From Calditrichaceae bacterium (lineage in GTDB: Bacteria > Calditrichota > Calditrichia > Calditrichales > JBFXGD01): 64,000 nt of DNA. The notes below the pieces were generated by a model that worked only from the letters and a program-made list of their open reading frames with translations, was not told where the DNA came from and made no database searches. Location of the stretch: positions 1 through 64,000 of the forward strand of contig JBFXLE010000005.1 of NCBI GenBank assembly GCA_050173015.1, written 5' to 3'. The position numbers and the translations under genes were made by a program. This document shows positions 40,857-51,900 of this stretch, piece by piece (position 1 is the stretch's first letter; each line of letters opens with the position of its first letter).

Positions 40857-41675
40857 ATGGTTATAAGCATTTTAGGTTGCGGCTGGCTTGGTTTGCCGTT
40901 GGCTGAACATTTAATCAGGAATGATTTTACCGTCAAAGGTTCAACCACCCGTGAAGAAAAATTGCCCCTTCTTCGCGAAAAGGGCATTGAAGCCCACAGA
41001 ATCATTCTTGATCCGGAAATCGGTGGAGACAATATCTCCCGTTTCTTTGATTCTGACGTCCTCATTCTCAACATTCCTCCCGGCAGGCGTGATAATGTCG
41101 CGAAAAACCATATCCGGCAGATTAAATCTGTCCTCACGGCATTGAATAAATCCGCTGTAAAACGAATTTTATTTGTCAGTTCCACATCGGTGTATGGTAA
41201 TAAAAATAGGGAAGTTAGCGAATCGGATGAAACCTATCCCGAAACCGAATCCGGAAAAGCCTTAATAGCGGCTGAGCAACTGCTTTTGGATCAAAGAACG
41301 TATAATCCTGTTGTCATTCGGTTTGCGGGATTGGCCGGAGGCGACCGGAATCCTGGCCGTTTTTTTGCGGGAAAGAAACAGATCCCCAACGGGGCGGCGC
41401 CGGTAAACTTTATTCACAGAGATGATTGTATCGGCTTAATCCATGAGATCATCCGCCGGGATGTCCGAGGGGAGATCTTTAACGCCTGCTCCGATAAGCA
41501 TCCTTCAAGATCTGACTTTTACCGGAAGACCGCAGAAGATTTAGGTCTCGAAGCGCCGGAATTTGTTGATGAGGAATCCCGCCGATATAAAATCATCAAC
41601 TCCGATAAAATCAAACAGCGTCTTGAATACCGTTTTAAGTATCCGGATCCAATGGAGTTTTCTTATTCCCATTGA
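40857..41675 (+). CDS. NAD-dependent epimerase/dehydratase (YeeZ-like atypical SDR)
   Basis: ILGCGWLG, SSTSVYG, VNFIHRDD; start moved to after the terminator. Confidence 0.9.
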   Translation: MVISILGCGWLGLPLAEHLIRNDFTVKGSTTREEKLPLLREKGIEAHRIILDPEIGGDNISRFFDSDVLILNIPPGRRDNVAKNHIRQIKSVLTALNKSAVKRILFVSSTSVYGNKNREVSESDETYPETESGKALIAAEQLLLDQRTYNPVVIRFAGLAGGDRNPGRFFAGKKQIPNGAAPVNFIHRDDCIGLIHEIIRRDVRGEIFNACSDKHPSRSDFYRKTAEDLGLEAPEFVDEESRRYKIINSDKIKQRLEYRFKYPDPMEFSYSH

Positions 41676-41728
41676 ATTGTCGCGCGAGTGGAGAAAACCC
41701 CGTATCATGAACCGGAAAAGGAGTCCTG

Positions 41729-42136
41729 ATGAAAATTAATTCCATCCTGGAAACATGTATATACTCGGATGATCTTGAGGCAAGTGAACATTTTTATCGG
41801 GAGATTCCGGGGCTTACCTTTCTGTCGCGGGAACCGGGAAGGCATGTTTTTTTCCGCTGCGGATCTTCTGTATTATTAATTTTTAATCCGGAGAAAACCA
41901 TGGAGATCGGCGGCAATCTTCCTCCGCACGGCTCAAGAGGGCCCGGCCACCTGGCCTTTGGCGCGCCATCCGGTGAGATCCGTGAATGGAAAGCATTCCT
42001 TGAAAAGAATAAAATTCCCATTGAACACGACACCACCTGGCCCGGCGGGGGCAGATCGATCTATTTTAGAGATCCTTCCGGCAACAGTATTGAAATAACC
42101 ACACCAACAATCTGGTCCATTGATGAATCTGAATGA
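41729..42136 (+). CDS. VOC/glyoxalase family protein
   Basis: LETCIY..DLE, GHLAF, SIYFRDPSGNSIE. Confidence 0.9.
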   Translation: MKINSILETCIYSDDLEASEHFYREIPGLTFLSREPGRHVFFRCGSSVLLIFNPEKTMEIGGNLPPHGSRGPGHLAFGAPSGEIREWKAFLEKNKIPIEHDTTWPGGGRSIYFRDPSGNSIEITTPTIWSIDESE

Positions 42137-42161
42137 CTGGTTTTTATTTTTGCAGAGACTT

Positions 42162-43073
42162 TTATGACGCGGGAATAACTTCAGATTTTATCCGGCTGAC
42201 TTTAATGATTCCGACAAAGAGGATAAATACACCGACCCACTGCATCGTGTTCATAATGTGTCCGCGAATCACGTACTCAAGTATCACGGCAGTTAAAGGA
42301 AAGGCGAGTTCACAGATCGTGGCCACCGACGCGCTGATTCTTTTCAGACCGTAATAATACAGAAATATGGCCGGCCCGCCGGTTGTAAAAGCGATCAGTA
42401 GAAATATCAATGCCTGTTTTTGATTGATTGTGCCAATTTGGATAATCTCTCCCGATGACACCACAATTAAAGTCATGATCAAAGAAGCGATTAGAAACCG
42501 AAGATAGGCGCCCGATTCATGGCTGACATTCCGCAGAGCCCGTTTACTCAGGACGGTAGACGCCGCGAAAGACGCGGAAGCGATCAGGGCAAAAAGCACC
42601 GCCATCGATTTTTTATCACCGGAATTCAGATCCGGGAAATTCAAGCCAAATGTCATAAAATACGCCCCGATGATAGCCAGACCGGCCCAGACAAAAAATT
42701 CCTTCGGAAGTCTCTCTTTAAGAATGATAGTCGCCAGGACTAACGCGAATACAGGCTGCAGCTTCTGAATGAGCACTACTATGGATAAATTGACAAAATT
42801 CACATAGAACAACGCTCTTGTTATGGCCATTGTACCGATCGCTCCGCCGAACAAAGCCACTCCGATAAAGGCAAGCCAGTCTTTTTCTTTCAGCAAACGG
42901 AATTCGGGAAAACTCCTGACAAAAAACGGGGTCAGGATCACGGCCACAATAGAGCTCTCCACAAAGACAACTAATGGGACGGGCAGACCGTAAAGCGCAG
43001 GCGTGAGAACGATTCCATCAATCCCCCAAAGCATTGCCGCGATAATTACAAAAAGTGGAGCTAATTTATCCAT
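42162..43073 (-). CDS. DMT/EamA family transporter
   Basis: About 10 TM helices, LQPVF...ILKER repeat pattern. Confidence 0.9.
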   Translation of the reverse strand: MDKLAPLFVIIAAMLWGIDGIVLTPALYGLPVPLVVFVESSIVAVILTPFFVRSFPEFRLLKEKDWLAFIGVALFGGAIGTMAITRALFYVNFVNLSIVVLIQKLQPVFALVLATIILKERLPKEFFVWAGLAIIGAYFMTFGLNFPDLNSGDKKSMAVLFALIASASFAASTVLSKRALRNVSHESGAYLRFLIASLIMTLIVVSSGEIIQIGTINQKQALIFLLIAFTTGGPAIFLYYYGLKRISASVATICELAFPLTAVILEYVIRGHIMNTMQWVGVFILFVGIIKVSRIKSEVIPAS

Positions 43074-43260
43074 ATTTTTCTTATATTTTTGTTTTGGCTA
43101 AGTTATGATTATTTTGGGATTAATAAAACTCTAAATTGATCAAATACCAAACTTTTGATCCTTTTTCCCGTAATCAAAACGGAATGTTTTATCGGGAGCC
43201 TGTATTGTGAAGTTTAATAAACCGATTGACTGTTAAAGTCTAATTTAACCTGGGGATGTC

Positions 43261-46200
43261 ATGAAAAAACTCACCTGTTCTCTTTTTCTTGTCATTATAT
43301 TGTTTCAGTTTTCTTTTGCCGTGGATGAAGCCCGTTTTATGGAGTATCCGGATATTCACGGTGATAAAATTGTTTTCACATGGGATAATGATTTGTGGCT
43401 TGCGGATTCACACGGGGGTCAGGCGGTCAGAATTACAACCAACCCCGGGAATGAGTTTTCGGCCAGGTTTTCTCCGGATGGTCAATGGATCGCATTTACG
43501 GGAAACTACGACGGCGAAACATCCATCTACCTTATTCCTTCGGAAGGCGGCGAACCGAAACGACTGACTTATAATCCCTGGGGTGGAAGAAGCATTACCT
43601 GGACACCGGACAGCAAAAAAATTGTTTACGCGTCATATTACGAAACTTTTATACAGCGTGATCCTAATCTGTATTATGTGAATATAGATGGTTCCGCGCC
43701 GGAACGTTTGCCAATAGACCGCGGCGTGTTATGCTCCTTTTCCGGAGACGGCACAAAAATGCTGTATAACCGAAAAGGCCGGCCGGAATATTACTGGAAG
43801 AGGTATAAAGGCGGGCAATACACCGATATTTGGATGTATGATTTCATCAAAAATGAGTTTAGCCCCGTCTCAGACTATGTCGGCAAAAACGCCTATCCCA
43901 TGTGGATCGGCGATAATATGTATTTTGTGTCCGACCGCGATAACGGCATTGCCAATATCTACGCGCAGAACCTGAAATCTGGAGCTGCCGCGCCCATTAC
44001 AAACTACAGCGATGTCGATGTGATGATGCCGGAGACGGACGGAAAAAACATCATATATACGCATGACGGTTATATCCATCTTTTACCGGTCGGCGCAACC
44101 ACTCCTGAAAAACTCACCATCATGGCCGCGTCAGATAAATGGCGGCTGCGTGACAGGACAATCAATCCGAAAGAGTATATTCAGTCGATGGATATTTCGA
44201 ACGATGGTCAAACAGTGATTTTTGACGGCCGGGGTGATGTGATCACCGTTGCCGTGAAAGATGGCAAATCGAATAATTTAACCTTCACTCCGGGAAGCAG
44301 GGAACGCTATCCGGTAATTTCTCCGGACGGTCAATGGATTGCTTTTTTCTCGGACAAATCGGGCGAATATCAGCTTTATATCCAAAAAACAACCGGCGGT
44401 GAATGGATACAATTAACCGACGGCCTCAACCGGACCAATTATCATCCCGTCTGGTCTCCCGACGGCACAAAAATCCTGTTCGGAAATAAGGATTTCTCTA
44501 TCTTTTATGTCGACGTAAAAACCAAAAACCTGGTTAAAGTGGATGAATCCAATCAGTTAAAAAATGACGAGTTTTATTGGGAAATCAGTGATTATAACTG
44601 GTCACCGGACAGCAAATGGATCACTTACAGCCTGGTTCAGTTCAACCGCAACAGCAAAATTTTTATCTATAACCTCGAAAAAAATAAAAAATATGCTCTT
44701 ACAGGTGATTTTTACGACAATCTTAATCCGAGATTCGATACCTCGGGGATGTACCTTTATTATATATCAAGCCGAAATTTCGATATTCAGATGGATTTTT
44801 ATGAAGATAATCATGTGGTAAACGCTCCCCAACAGATCATGGTTGTTCAGCTTCAGGCCGGGCAGAAACCGCCTTTTGCTGATTCCATATCGGCGACACA
44901 AAAATCAGCCCCGGATCCCTACCGGATTGACATCGAAGGGATTAAAGATCGTACCTACCCGCTGCCCGTTCCGGCGGGAAATTATTTCTATCTGCGCGCG
45001 GGCAATGGTAACGTCCTGTGGTGCTCCGTTCCAAAATTTACCTCAGATGAATACGATGAGATATTCAACCCCGCTGGAAAGACAAAATGGGATCTTCATA
45101 TTTTTGATATGGACAAAAAAGAAGAAACCATACTAAATGATAAAATCAAAGATTACCGCGTCTCTTCAAACGGTGAAAATATTATTTTGTCCAAAAATGA
45201 TGATTTCTTTTCCGCCACAATTGACGCGGCGATTAAAGATAAATCCGCCGGAGATAAAATTGATCTGAATAATATGCAGTATCAGGTGGATTCATACAAA
45301 GAGTGGAATCAGATATTCAGTGATACCTGGCGCTGGTATCGCGACTTCTTTTATGACGCCAACATGCACGGGCAAAACTGGAAAGCTATCGGCGATCGCT
45401 ACCGGGCATATATTCCGTATCTGACTTCGCGGGATCAGTTAAACTGGGCGCTTGAGCAAATGGTTGGCGAACTTTCCGTATCTCACACCTATGTCCGCGG
45501 CGGCGATAACGGACCGGAGCTGAAAAACGAATCTAAACTGTTCACGGGCTGGATCGGCGCGGATCTCACGCCGGATAAGGTCAGCAATTATTACCGGTTT
45601 GAAAAAATTTACGGCCCGACGGAGTACAACCTTGATCTGAAATCGCCCCTTGCCCGTCCGGATATAAAAATTAAAGAAAGCGATTATCTCCTGGCGATAA
45701 ACGGCCATGAAATCCGGGTGCCGGATGATTATTTTAAATATCTGCAGGTTCTTCCGGATCAGGAAGTCACCATTACCGTGAATGATAAACCGGTCATGCA
45801 AGGATCTCAGACCTATACGATTAAACCTATCAGGAACAGCTCTCAGCTGCGCTATTTCCGCTGGCTGACCGACAATATCGACAAAGTTCTCAAGGCCACA
45901 GACGGTCAGGTCGGTTATATGCATATCAACGCCATGGGGTCAGGCGGAATCGGCGAATTTGATAAATTCTGGCGGGCGTTTCGTTATAAAAAAGGCCTCA
46001 TCATCGATGTTCGCCGCAATTCCGGAGGTTGGACCGAGTATTTTATGATTGATAAACTGGAAAGAAAAATGACCGCCTACAATGTCCTTAAGGGGATGGA
46101 ACCCTTCCGTTATCCGGGCAGTGTATCCAATGGTCAGTTCGTCGTTGTTTCAAATGAGTATAACGGATCAGACGGCGAAGCGTTTGTGGAACATTTTAAA

Positions 46201-46503
46201 GCGAGAAAGCTCGGAACCGTTGTGGGCGTTCCTTCATGGGGCGGGCTCGTCGGCATTATAAACGGACAAACAACTATCGATAATGGAAATATCCATCAGT
46301 CAAATAACGCTTTCTATGGCCGGGAAGGAAAGTGGCTCGTTGAAAATCATGGCGCCGATCCCGACATTTACATTGATAATGATCCTGCTTCTGTCATGGC
46401 CGGCAAAGATCGGCAGCTTGAGAAAGCCATTGAAACCGTTTTACAGAAGATAAAGGAACATCCGTTTGTATTTCCGGAACGTCCATCTTATCCTGTTAGA
46501 TAA
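43261..46503 (+). CDS. Tricorn-type S41 protease
   Basis: Signal peptide, PD40 propeller repeats, PDZ region, IDVRRNSGG, GSDGE nucleophile, SWGG, ENHG..PD. Confidence 0.93.
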   Translation: MKKLTCSLFLVIILFQFSFAVDEARFMEYPDIHGDKIVFTWDNDLWLADSHGGQAVRITTNPGNEFSARFSPDGQWIAFTGNYDGETSIYLIPSEGGEPKRLTYNPWGGRSITWTPDSKKIVYASYYETFIQRDPNLYYVNIDGSAPERLPIDRGVLCSFSGDGTKMLYNRKGRPEYYWKRYKGGQYTDIWMYDFIKNEFSPVSDYVGKNAYPMWIGDNMYFVSDRDNGIANIYAQNLKSGAAAPITNYSDVDVMMPETDGKNIIYTHDGYIHLLPVGATTPEKLTIMAASDKWRLRDRTINPKEYIQSMDISNDGQTVIFDGRGDVITVAVKDGKSNNLTFTPGSRERYPVISPDGQWIAFFSDKSGEYQLYIQKTTGGEWIQLTDGLNRTNYHPVWSPDGTKILFGNKDFSIFYVDVKTKNLVKVDESNQLKNDEFYWEISDYNWSPDSKWITYSLVQFNRNSKIFIYNLEKNKKYALTGDFYDNLNPRFDTSGMYLYYISSRNFDIQMDFYEDNHVVNAPQQIMVVQLQAGQKPPFADSISATQKSAPDPYRIDIEGIKDRTYPLPVPAGNYFYLRAGNGNVLWCSVPKFTSDEYDEIFNPAGKTKWDLHIFDMDKKEETILNDKIKDYRVSSNGENIILSKNDDFFSATIDAAIKDKSAGDKIDLNNMQYQVDSYKEWNQIFSDTWRWYRDFFYDANMHGQNWKAIGDRYRAYIPYLTSRDQLNWALEQMVGELSVSHTYVRGGDNGPELKNESKLFTGWIGADLTPDKVSNYYRFEKIYGPTEYNLDLKSPLARPDIKIKESDYLLAINGHEIRVPDDYFKYLQVLPDQEVTITVNDKPVMQGSQTYTIKPIRNSSQLRYFRWLTDNIDKVLKATDGQVGYMHINAMGSGGIGEFDKFWRAFRYKKGLIIDVRRNSGGWTEYFMIDKLERKMTAYNVLKGMEPFRYPGSVSNGQFVVVSNEYNGSDGEAFVEHFKARKLGTVVGVPSWGGLVGIINGQTTIDNGNIHQSNNAFYGREGKWLVENHGADPDIYIDNDPASVMAGKDRQLEKAIETVLQKIKEHPFVFPERPSYPVR

Positions 46504-46509
46504 TTTTAC

Positions 46510-46550
46510 AAAAAAGCGCCGCCGTCTTTTTTTTGTCGCGGCGTTTTTTT
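46510..46550 (+). terminator. Intrinsic terminator
   Basis: cgccgc...gcggcg hairpin followed by a T-run. Confidence 0.65.
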
Positions 46551-46590
46551 ATTTTTAAATCAAATGTACGTGACGTTTAGGAATCATTCT

Positions 46591-47250
46591 ATGGTACGAA
46601 TAAAAGTTTGCTGTATCAGCAGTGTGGAAGAAGCACGGATGGCGGTTCAGGCGGGAGCATCCGCTCTCGGTCTTGTTTCTGAAATGCCCAGCGGCCCGGG
46701 TGTCATTTCTGAAGAACTGATCGCTGAAATTGCCGCAACAATTCCACCCGCCATGGGTTCCTTTTTACTGACCAGCAAAAAAACCGCGGATGAAATTATA
46801 AAACAACAGAAAAAATGCGGGGTCAACACCATCCAAATATGTGACAGTATCGAATTGAACGAGTATCGCCTGCTTAGGGAAGCCCTGCCCGGCATAGCCC
46901 TGGTTCAGGTTATTCATGTCCGGAATGAACTTTCATTGGATGAAGCCGTGACGATTGCCCCCTTCATCAACGGGATTTTACTGGATTCCGGCAATCCGGA
47001 TTTATCGGTTAAAGAACTTGGCGGCACGGGAAGAGTTCATAACTGGGATATCAGCAGGAAAATCGTTGAACAGACTCCGGTTCCGGTTTTTCTGGCCGGC
47101 GGTTTGAAACCGGAAAATGTCGCGGAGGCGATCCGAAATGTAAATCCGTATGGCGTCGATGTGTGCAGCGGACTTCGAACAAACGGGAAACTTGATTTAC
47201 AAAAACTCAAACTATTTTTTCAAAACGCGCGGCTGGAAGACAAGAGTTAG
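46591..47250 (+). CDS. trpF: Phosphoribosylanthranilate isomerase-like protein
   Basis: RIKVCCI, LLDS, GGTGRVHNW, FLAGGL.PENV, GVDVCSG. Confidence 0.82.
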   Translation: MVRIKVCCISSVEEARMAVQAGASALGLVSEMPSGPGVISEELIAEIAATIPPAMGSFLLTSKKTADEIIKQQKKCGVNTIQICDSIELNEYRLLREALPGIALVQVIHVRNELSLDEAVTIAPFINGILLDSGNPDLSVKELGGTGRVHNWDISRKIVEQTPVPVFLAGGLKPENVAEAIRNVNPYGVDVCSGLRTNGKLDLQKLKLFFQNARLEDKS

Positions 47251-47258
47251 AAGATGTT

Positions 47259-47870
47259 TCACGGTGATAGGCGTTCTGTTTTCCACGATTGATTATTCTG
47301 TTTTGTATAACGGATCCTGTCGGCGAGTCTGTCATCCCTGCCCTGCCAAAATTCAATCATTTCCGGCTTCAAGAGGAATCCGCCCCAATGCGGCGGCCGC
47401 TTTATCGTTTCGCCTTCAAATTGCATTCTGAACGATTCAACTTTTTCCATCAGTTCTTCTCTTGACCGAATGCCCCGGCTTTGATTCGATGCCCACGAAC
47501 CGATCTGATGGCCCCGCGGCCGGTCGCTAAAATATCTATCCGATTCTTTTGCGGATATTTTTTCGACTTTCCCCTCAATTCGAACCTGTCGTCCTAATCG
47601 GTCCCACCAGAAAACGGCAGCCGCCTTTGTATTTGCGGCAAGCTCCTGTCCCTTACGGCTTTCATAATTGGTAAAAAACACGAATCCGCTCTCGTCATAT
47701 TTTTTCATCAAAACCATTCGCGCCGAGGGTTGACCGCTTTCACCGGCGGTTGCCAGAGCCATCGCTTCCGGTTCATTCATTCCGGACCCGACCGCTTCTT
47801 CAAACCATTTTTTAAATTCTATGATCGGATCCCGACCGATACCGGAATCATTTAATGTGGATTCGCTCAT
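47259..47870 (-). CDS. pdxH: Pyridoxamine 5'-phosphate oxidase
   Basis: AMALAT, RMVLMK, FTNYESRKG, RQVRIEG, EFWQGRDDRL.DR. Confidence 0.96.
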   Translation of the reverse strand: MSESTLNDSGIGRDPIIEFKKWFEEAVGSGMNEPEAMALATAGESGQPSARMVLMKKYDESGFVFFTNYESRKGQELAANTKAAAVFWWDRLGRQVRIEGKVEKISAKESDRYFSDRPRGHQIGSWASNQSRGIRSREELMEKVESFRMQFEGETIKRPPHWGGFLLKPEMIEFWQGRDDRLADRIRYTKQNNQSWKTERLSP

Positions 47871-48052
47871 CTTAGATATTCTCCGGATAATGAATTTTGA
47901 TATCCGATTGTTCTTTAAGAAAACTATAGATTAAATCTTCATTTGCAAAGTAAATTCTCAAATGTGTTCATTGGATTTTGAAAAACCGAATTTATTTCCC
48001 GATATTTCAGGTTGTAAGATAATTAATGTACTAATAAGTCAGGCGGGATGAT

Positions 48053-48721
48053 ATGACACAGCCGAAATTCCATCATCTAAAGAGTTTTCCGGATTATACA
48101 GAAAATGAGATGCTCGAACGGGCGCGACAGTTTTACAAAGACATCGGCAGCAGGCGCTCTGTCCGCCACTTTTCAGATAAAAATGTCTCGAAAGAAATTA
48201 TTGAATACTGTATTCGGGCAGCCTGCACGGCTCCCAGCGGCGCGAACAAACAGCCGTGGTATTTCGCGGCGGTGTCTGATCCCTCTGTTAAAAAGGAAAT
48301 CCGGATAGCGGCCGAAAATGAAGAGCGCGCGTTTTATCATTCCCGGGCAACCAGGGAATGGCTCGATGATCTTGCGCCTATCGGTACTGATGAACATAAG
48401 CCTTTTCTTGAAACCGCCCCCTGGCTTATCGCCATTTTTGATCAACGCTACGGCATCAGCGCAGATGGTAATAAAGAAAAGCATTACTATACTGCCGAAT
48501 CGGTTGGCATCGCCACGGGCATGCTGATCACCGCTTTGCATTTGTCCGGCCTGGCAACGTTAACTCATACTCCGAGTCCCATGGGTTTTTTGAACAAAAT
48601 TCTGGGCCGGCCTGAAAATGAAAAACCGTTTTTACTATTAGTTGTCGGTTATCCGTCAAAAGACGCGGTGGTTCCTGAAATAACAAAAAAATCCGCGGAT
48701 GAGATTTATTCATTTATCTGA
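48053..48721 (+). CDS. Nitroreductase superfamily, iodotyrosine deiodinase-like
   Basis: [39 protein letters not shown]. Confidence 0.85.
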   Translation: MTQPKFHHLKSFPDYTENEMLERARQFYKDIGSRRSVRHFSDKNVSKEIIEYCIRAACTAPSGANKQPWYFAAVSDPSVKKEIRIAAENEERAFYHSRATREWLDDLAPIGTDEHKPFLETAPWLIAIFDQRYGISADGNKEKHYYTAESVGIATGMLITALHLSGLATLTHTPSPMGFLNKILGRPENEKPFLLLVVGYPSKDAVVPEITKKSADEIYSFI

Positions 48722-48901
48722 TCCAGATTATTAAATAATCACTGTTTTTGAGTGATAGCGCATTTGTGCATTCACTTGCAAAACTTAATTTCTCGCTTTA
48801 ATTTGAAATCTATCTAATATTGAATTAAATCGAGCGGAGAAAAGATGTTGGCAGGCCCTGAACAAAGAATTTTGAATCTAAATTTTACAAAAAATAAACA
48901 T

Positions 48902-51900
48902 ATGACAGATGACAAAATTCCATCATTCGAATTCCATATCTCAAAAAAAGCCCGGAACAAGTACATCATTGATCAAACCCTTTTTTCAATCAAAGGCCGT
49001 GTTATTTTTGCCAATATTGCCGCCGCCAGAAAATTTATTCTTAATATTAATAAAGAACGCGACGCCGGAAATGCGTTGAACGCATCTGAAATAAACGCCA
49101 TGGGTCTGCTCGATGAAATCATGCACTATGTTATAGAAACCTACCGCGCGGAGAAAAATCCGTCTCTTTTTAAAAAAATGGAAAATTTTCTTTCGGATGA
49201 GCTCGGCGGAGAAGCTCTGGACAAGTTATTACGCGCTTTCGCGGAAGCGTTTCCTTCAACTGATGTTTATAACGGGAAGATGAATGCCGGTGAATATTTA
49301 GAAGGGACCACCGGCGATTTATCAAACCGCCATGTCATTCTCGAAGAAATCATGGTACTCTGGCTGGACAACCGCAATCCGGCATATCAGCCCATATATG
49401 ATTTGATCGATGAAAAAGAACTCACCGATACTATTTATGACAAATCATTTATCCTTCTGAACACTTTTTTTAAAAATGAACCATCATTCGGTCCTGAAAA
49501 TCTTCCGCTGCTCGATCTTCTGCTGCAGCCGTCAAAGAAATTTCCGCATTCCATCACAGCTCAGCTTGAATACATCAGAAAAAAATGGTCTGTCTTGATC
49601 CCCTCCTTCCTTTCACGAATTTTACTGGGAATGGATCTAATCAAGGAGGAGCAGAAGCCCCGGTTTGACGCTGATTTGTTTGGCCACGGACCGACGGAAG
49701 TGACTCAATTCACCGGTACGGAATATGAACAGGAACCGGAACGATTTAGTCAGGATTTACACTGGATGCCCCGACTCGTTCTTATGGCAAAAAGCACTTA
49801 TGTATGGCTTGATCAACTGAGTAAACAGTATCAAAGAAATATCTATCGTCTTGACCAGGTTCCCGATGAGGAGCTTGACAGACTTTCGCAAAGCGGATTT
49901 ACCGGTTTATGGCTTATTGGCCTTTGGGAGCGCAGTAAGGCTTCCCGCCGCATAAAGCAGATCAGCGGTAATCCCGAGGCTGTCGCCTCCGCGTATTCAC
50001 TCTATAACTACTCTATCGCCAATGATCTTGGCGGGGATGAAGCTTACCAGAATCTTAAAGACCGCGCCTGGAAAAGAGGAATCCGGCTGGCAAGCGATAT
50101 GGTTCCCAATCATATGGGTATTGATTCAGAATGGCTGATCAATCATCCGTCCTGGTTTGTCCAGAGTCATCAGCCGCCGTTTCCCGGGTACAATTTTTCC
50201 GGGCAGGATCTAAGCGATGATCCGCGTGTGGGCATATTTATTGAAGATGGTTACTGGAATAAAACCGACGCTTCTGTAGTATTTAAGCGGCTTGACCGGT
50301 ACACCGGCGATGTTCGGTATGTCTATCACGGCAACGACGGTACGAGTATGCCCTGGAACGATACCGCCCAGCTCAACTATCTCATGCCCGAGGTTCGCGA
50401 GGCGGTTATTCAGACGATTCTTCATGTGGCGCGCAAGTTTCCGATTATACGGTTTGACGCCGCCATGACACTGGCGAAGAAACATTATCAGCGTCTCTGG
50501 TTTCCGGAGCCCGGCAGCGGCGGTGATATTCCTTCACGCGCGGAACAAGGGCTGACCAAAGCGAATTTCGACCGACTTTTTCCCATAGAGTTTTGGCGGG
50601 AAGTTGTTGACCGGGTCCAGCAGGAAGTGCCGGATACTCTTCTTCTCGCGGAGGCGTTCTGGATGATGGAGGGCTACTTTGTCCGCTCTCTCGGAATGCA
50701 TCGTGTTTATAACAGCGCTTTTATGAACATGCTGAAAAAAGAAGAAAACCAAAAATACCGGGAATCAATACGCAATGTGCTCGAATTTAATCCGCAGATA
50801 TTAAAGCGGTATGTTAATTTTATGAATAATCCGGATGAAGAAACAGCAATCGCCCAGTTTGGAAAAGATGATAAATATTTTGGCGTCTGTGTGCTGATGT
50901 GCACTATGCCCGGGCTCCCGATGTTCGGACACGGTCAGATTGAAGGTTATAAAGAGAAATACGGCATGGAGTACCGGCGCGCGTACTGGGATGAGCAACC
51001 GGATGAATGGCTGGTAAAACGTCACCAAAAAGAAATCTTCCCTCTGATGAAAAAACGCTACCTGTTCAGCGATGTTGAAGAGTTTTTGTTATATGATTTT
51101 TTTACCTCCGAAGGCCGTGTCAATGAAAATGTTTTTGCTTACAGCAACCGCTCGGGATCTGAAAGTTGCCTCGTGCTTTACAACAATAAATTTGAACACG
51201 CCTCAGGCTGGGTGAAGACATCGGTTGGATTTAAAAATGCTGAAGACAACATCGTTCAAAAAACTTTGGGTGAGGGACTTAATTTAACTCATGATAACCA
51301 AAAATTTGTCATATTCAGGGATCAAATTACAGGGCTCGAGTATCTAAGATCAAGTAAGGATCTCTCGGAAAACGGATTGTTCGTTGAGTTAGGCGCGTTC
51401 AAATACAACGTTTTCCTGGATTTTCATGAAGTTACTAACACCGCGCAGGAACCATGGGCTGAACTTAACCACTATCTGCGGGGCCGTCCGGTTGAATCCG
51501 TCCGGGAAGCGCTGACCGAATACAGATTCGGACCGGTCATTCAGGCTTTTGATGAAGCCATCAACCCGGGTAGCCTGCTCTGGCTCTCGCAGGGACTAAA
51601 TGATCAAAAAATGGATAAAAAGGTATATAAATCGTATTTAGAAAAAACAAAACAACTGCTCAGTTCAGCGCGGCCCTTTATTAACCCCGATTTAGCAGTA
51701 AAATCTGATCCTAAACTATCAGCCGGATATTATCCTTCACTTTTAAAACTGCCGAATATTGCAAAACATGTGAAGGAAGGAAAAAGAAAAGCGGCTAAAA
51801 TTGAATCTGTTCTCCTTGATTCGTTTCAACCGGAGAAAAACAGATTGTCATCCGGTCACCGTATTCTGCTAACCTTATCATTTTTAAATTCCCTCTCTGG

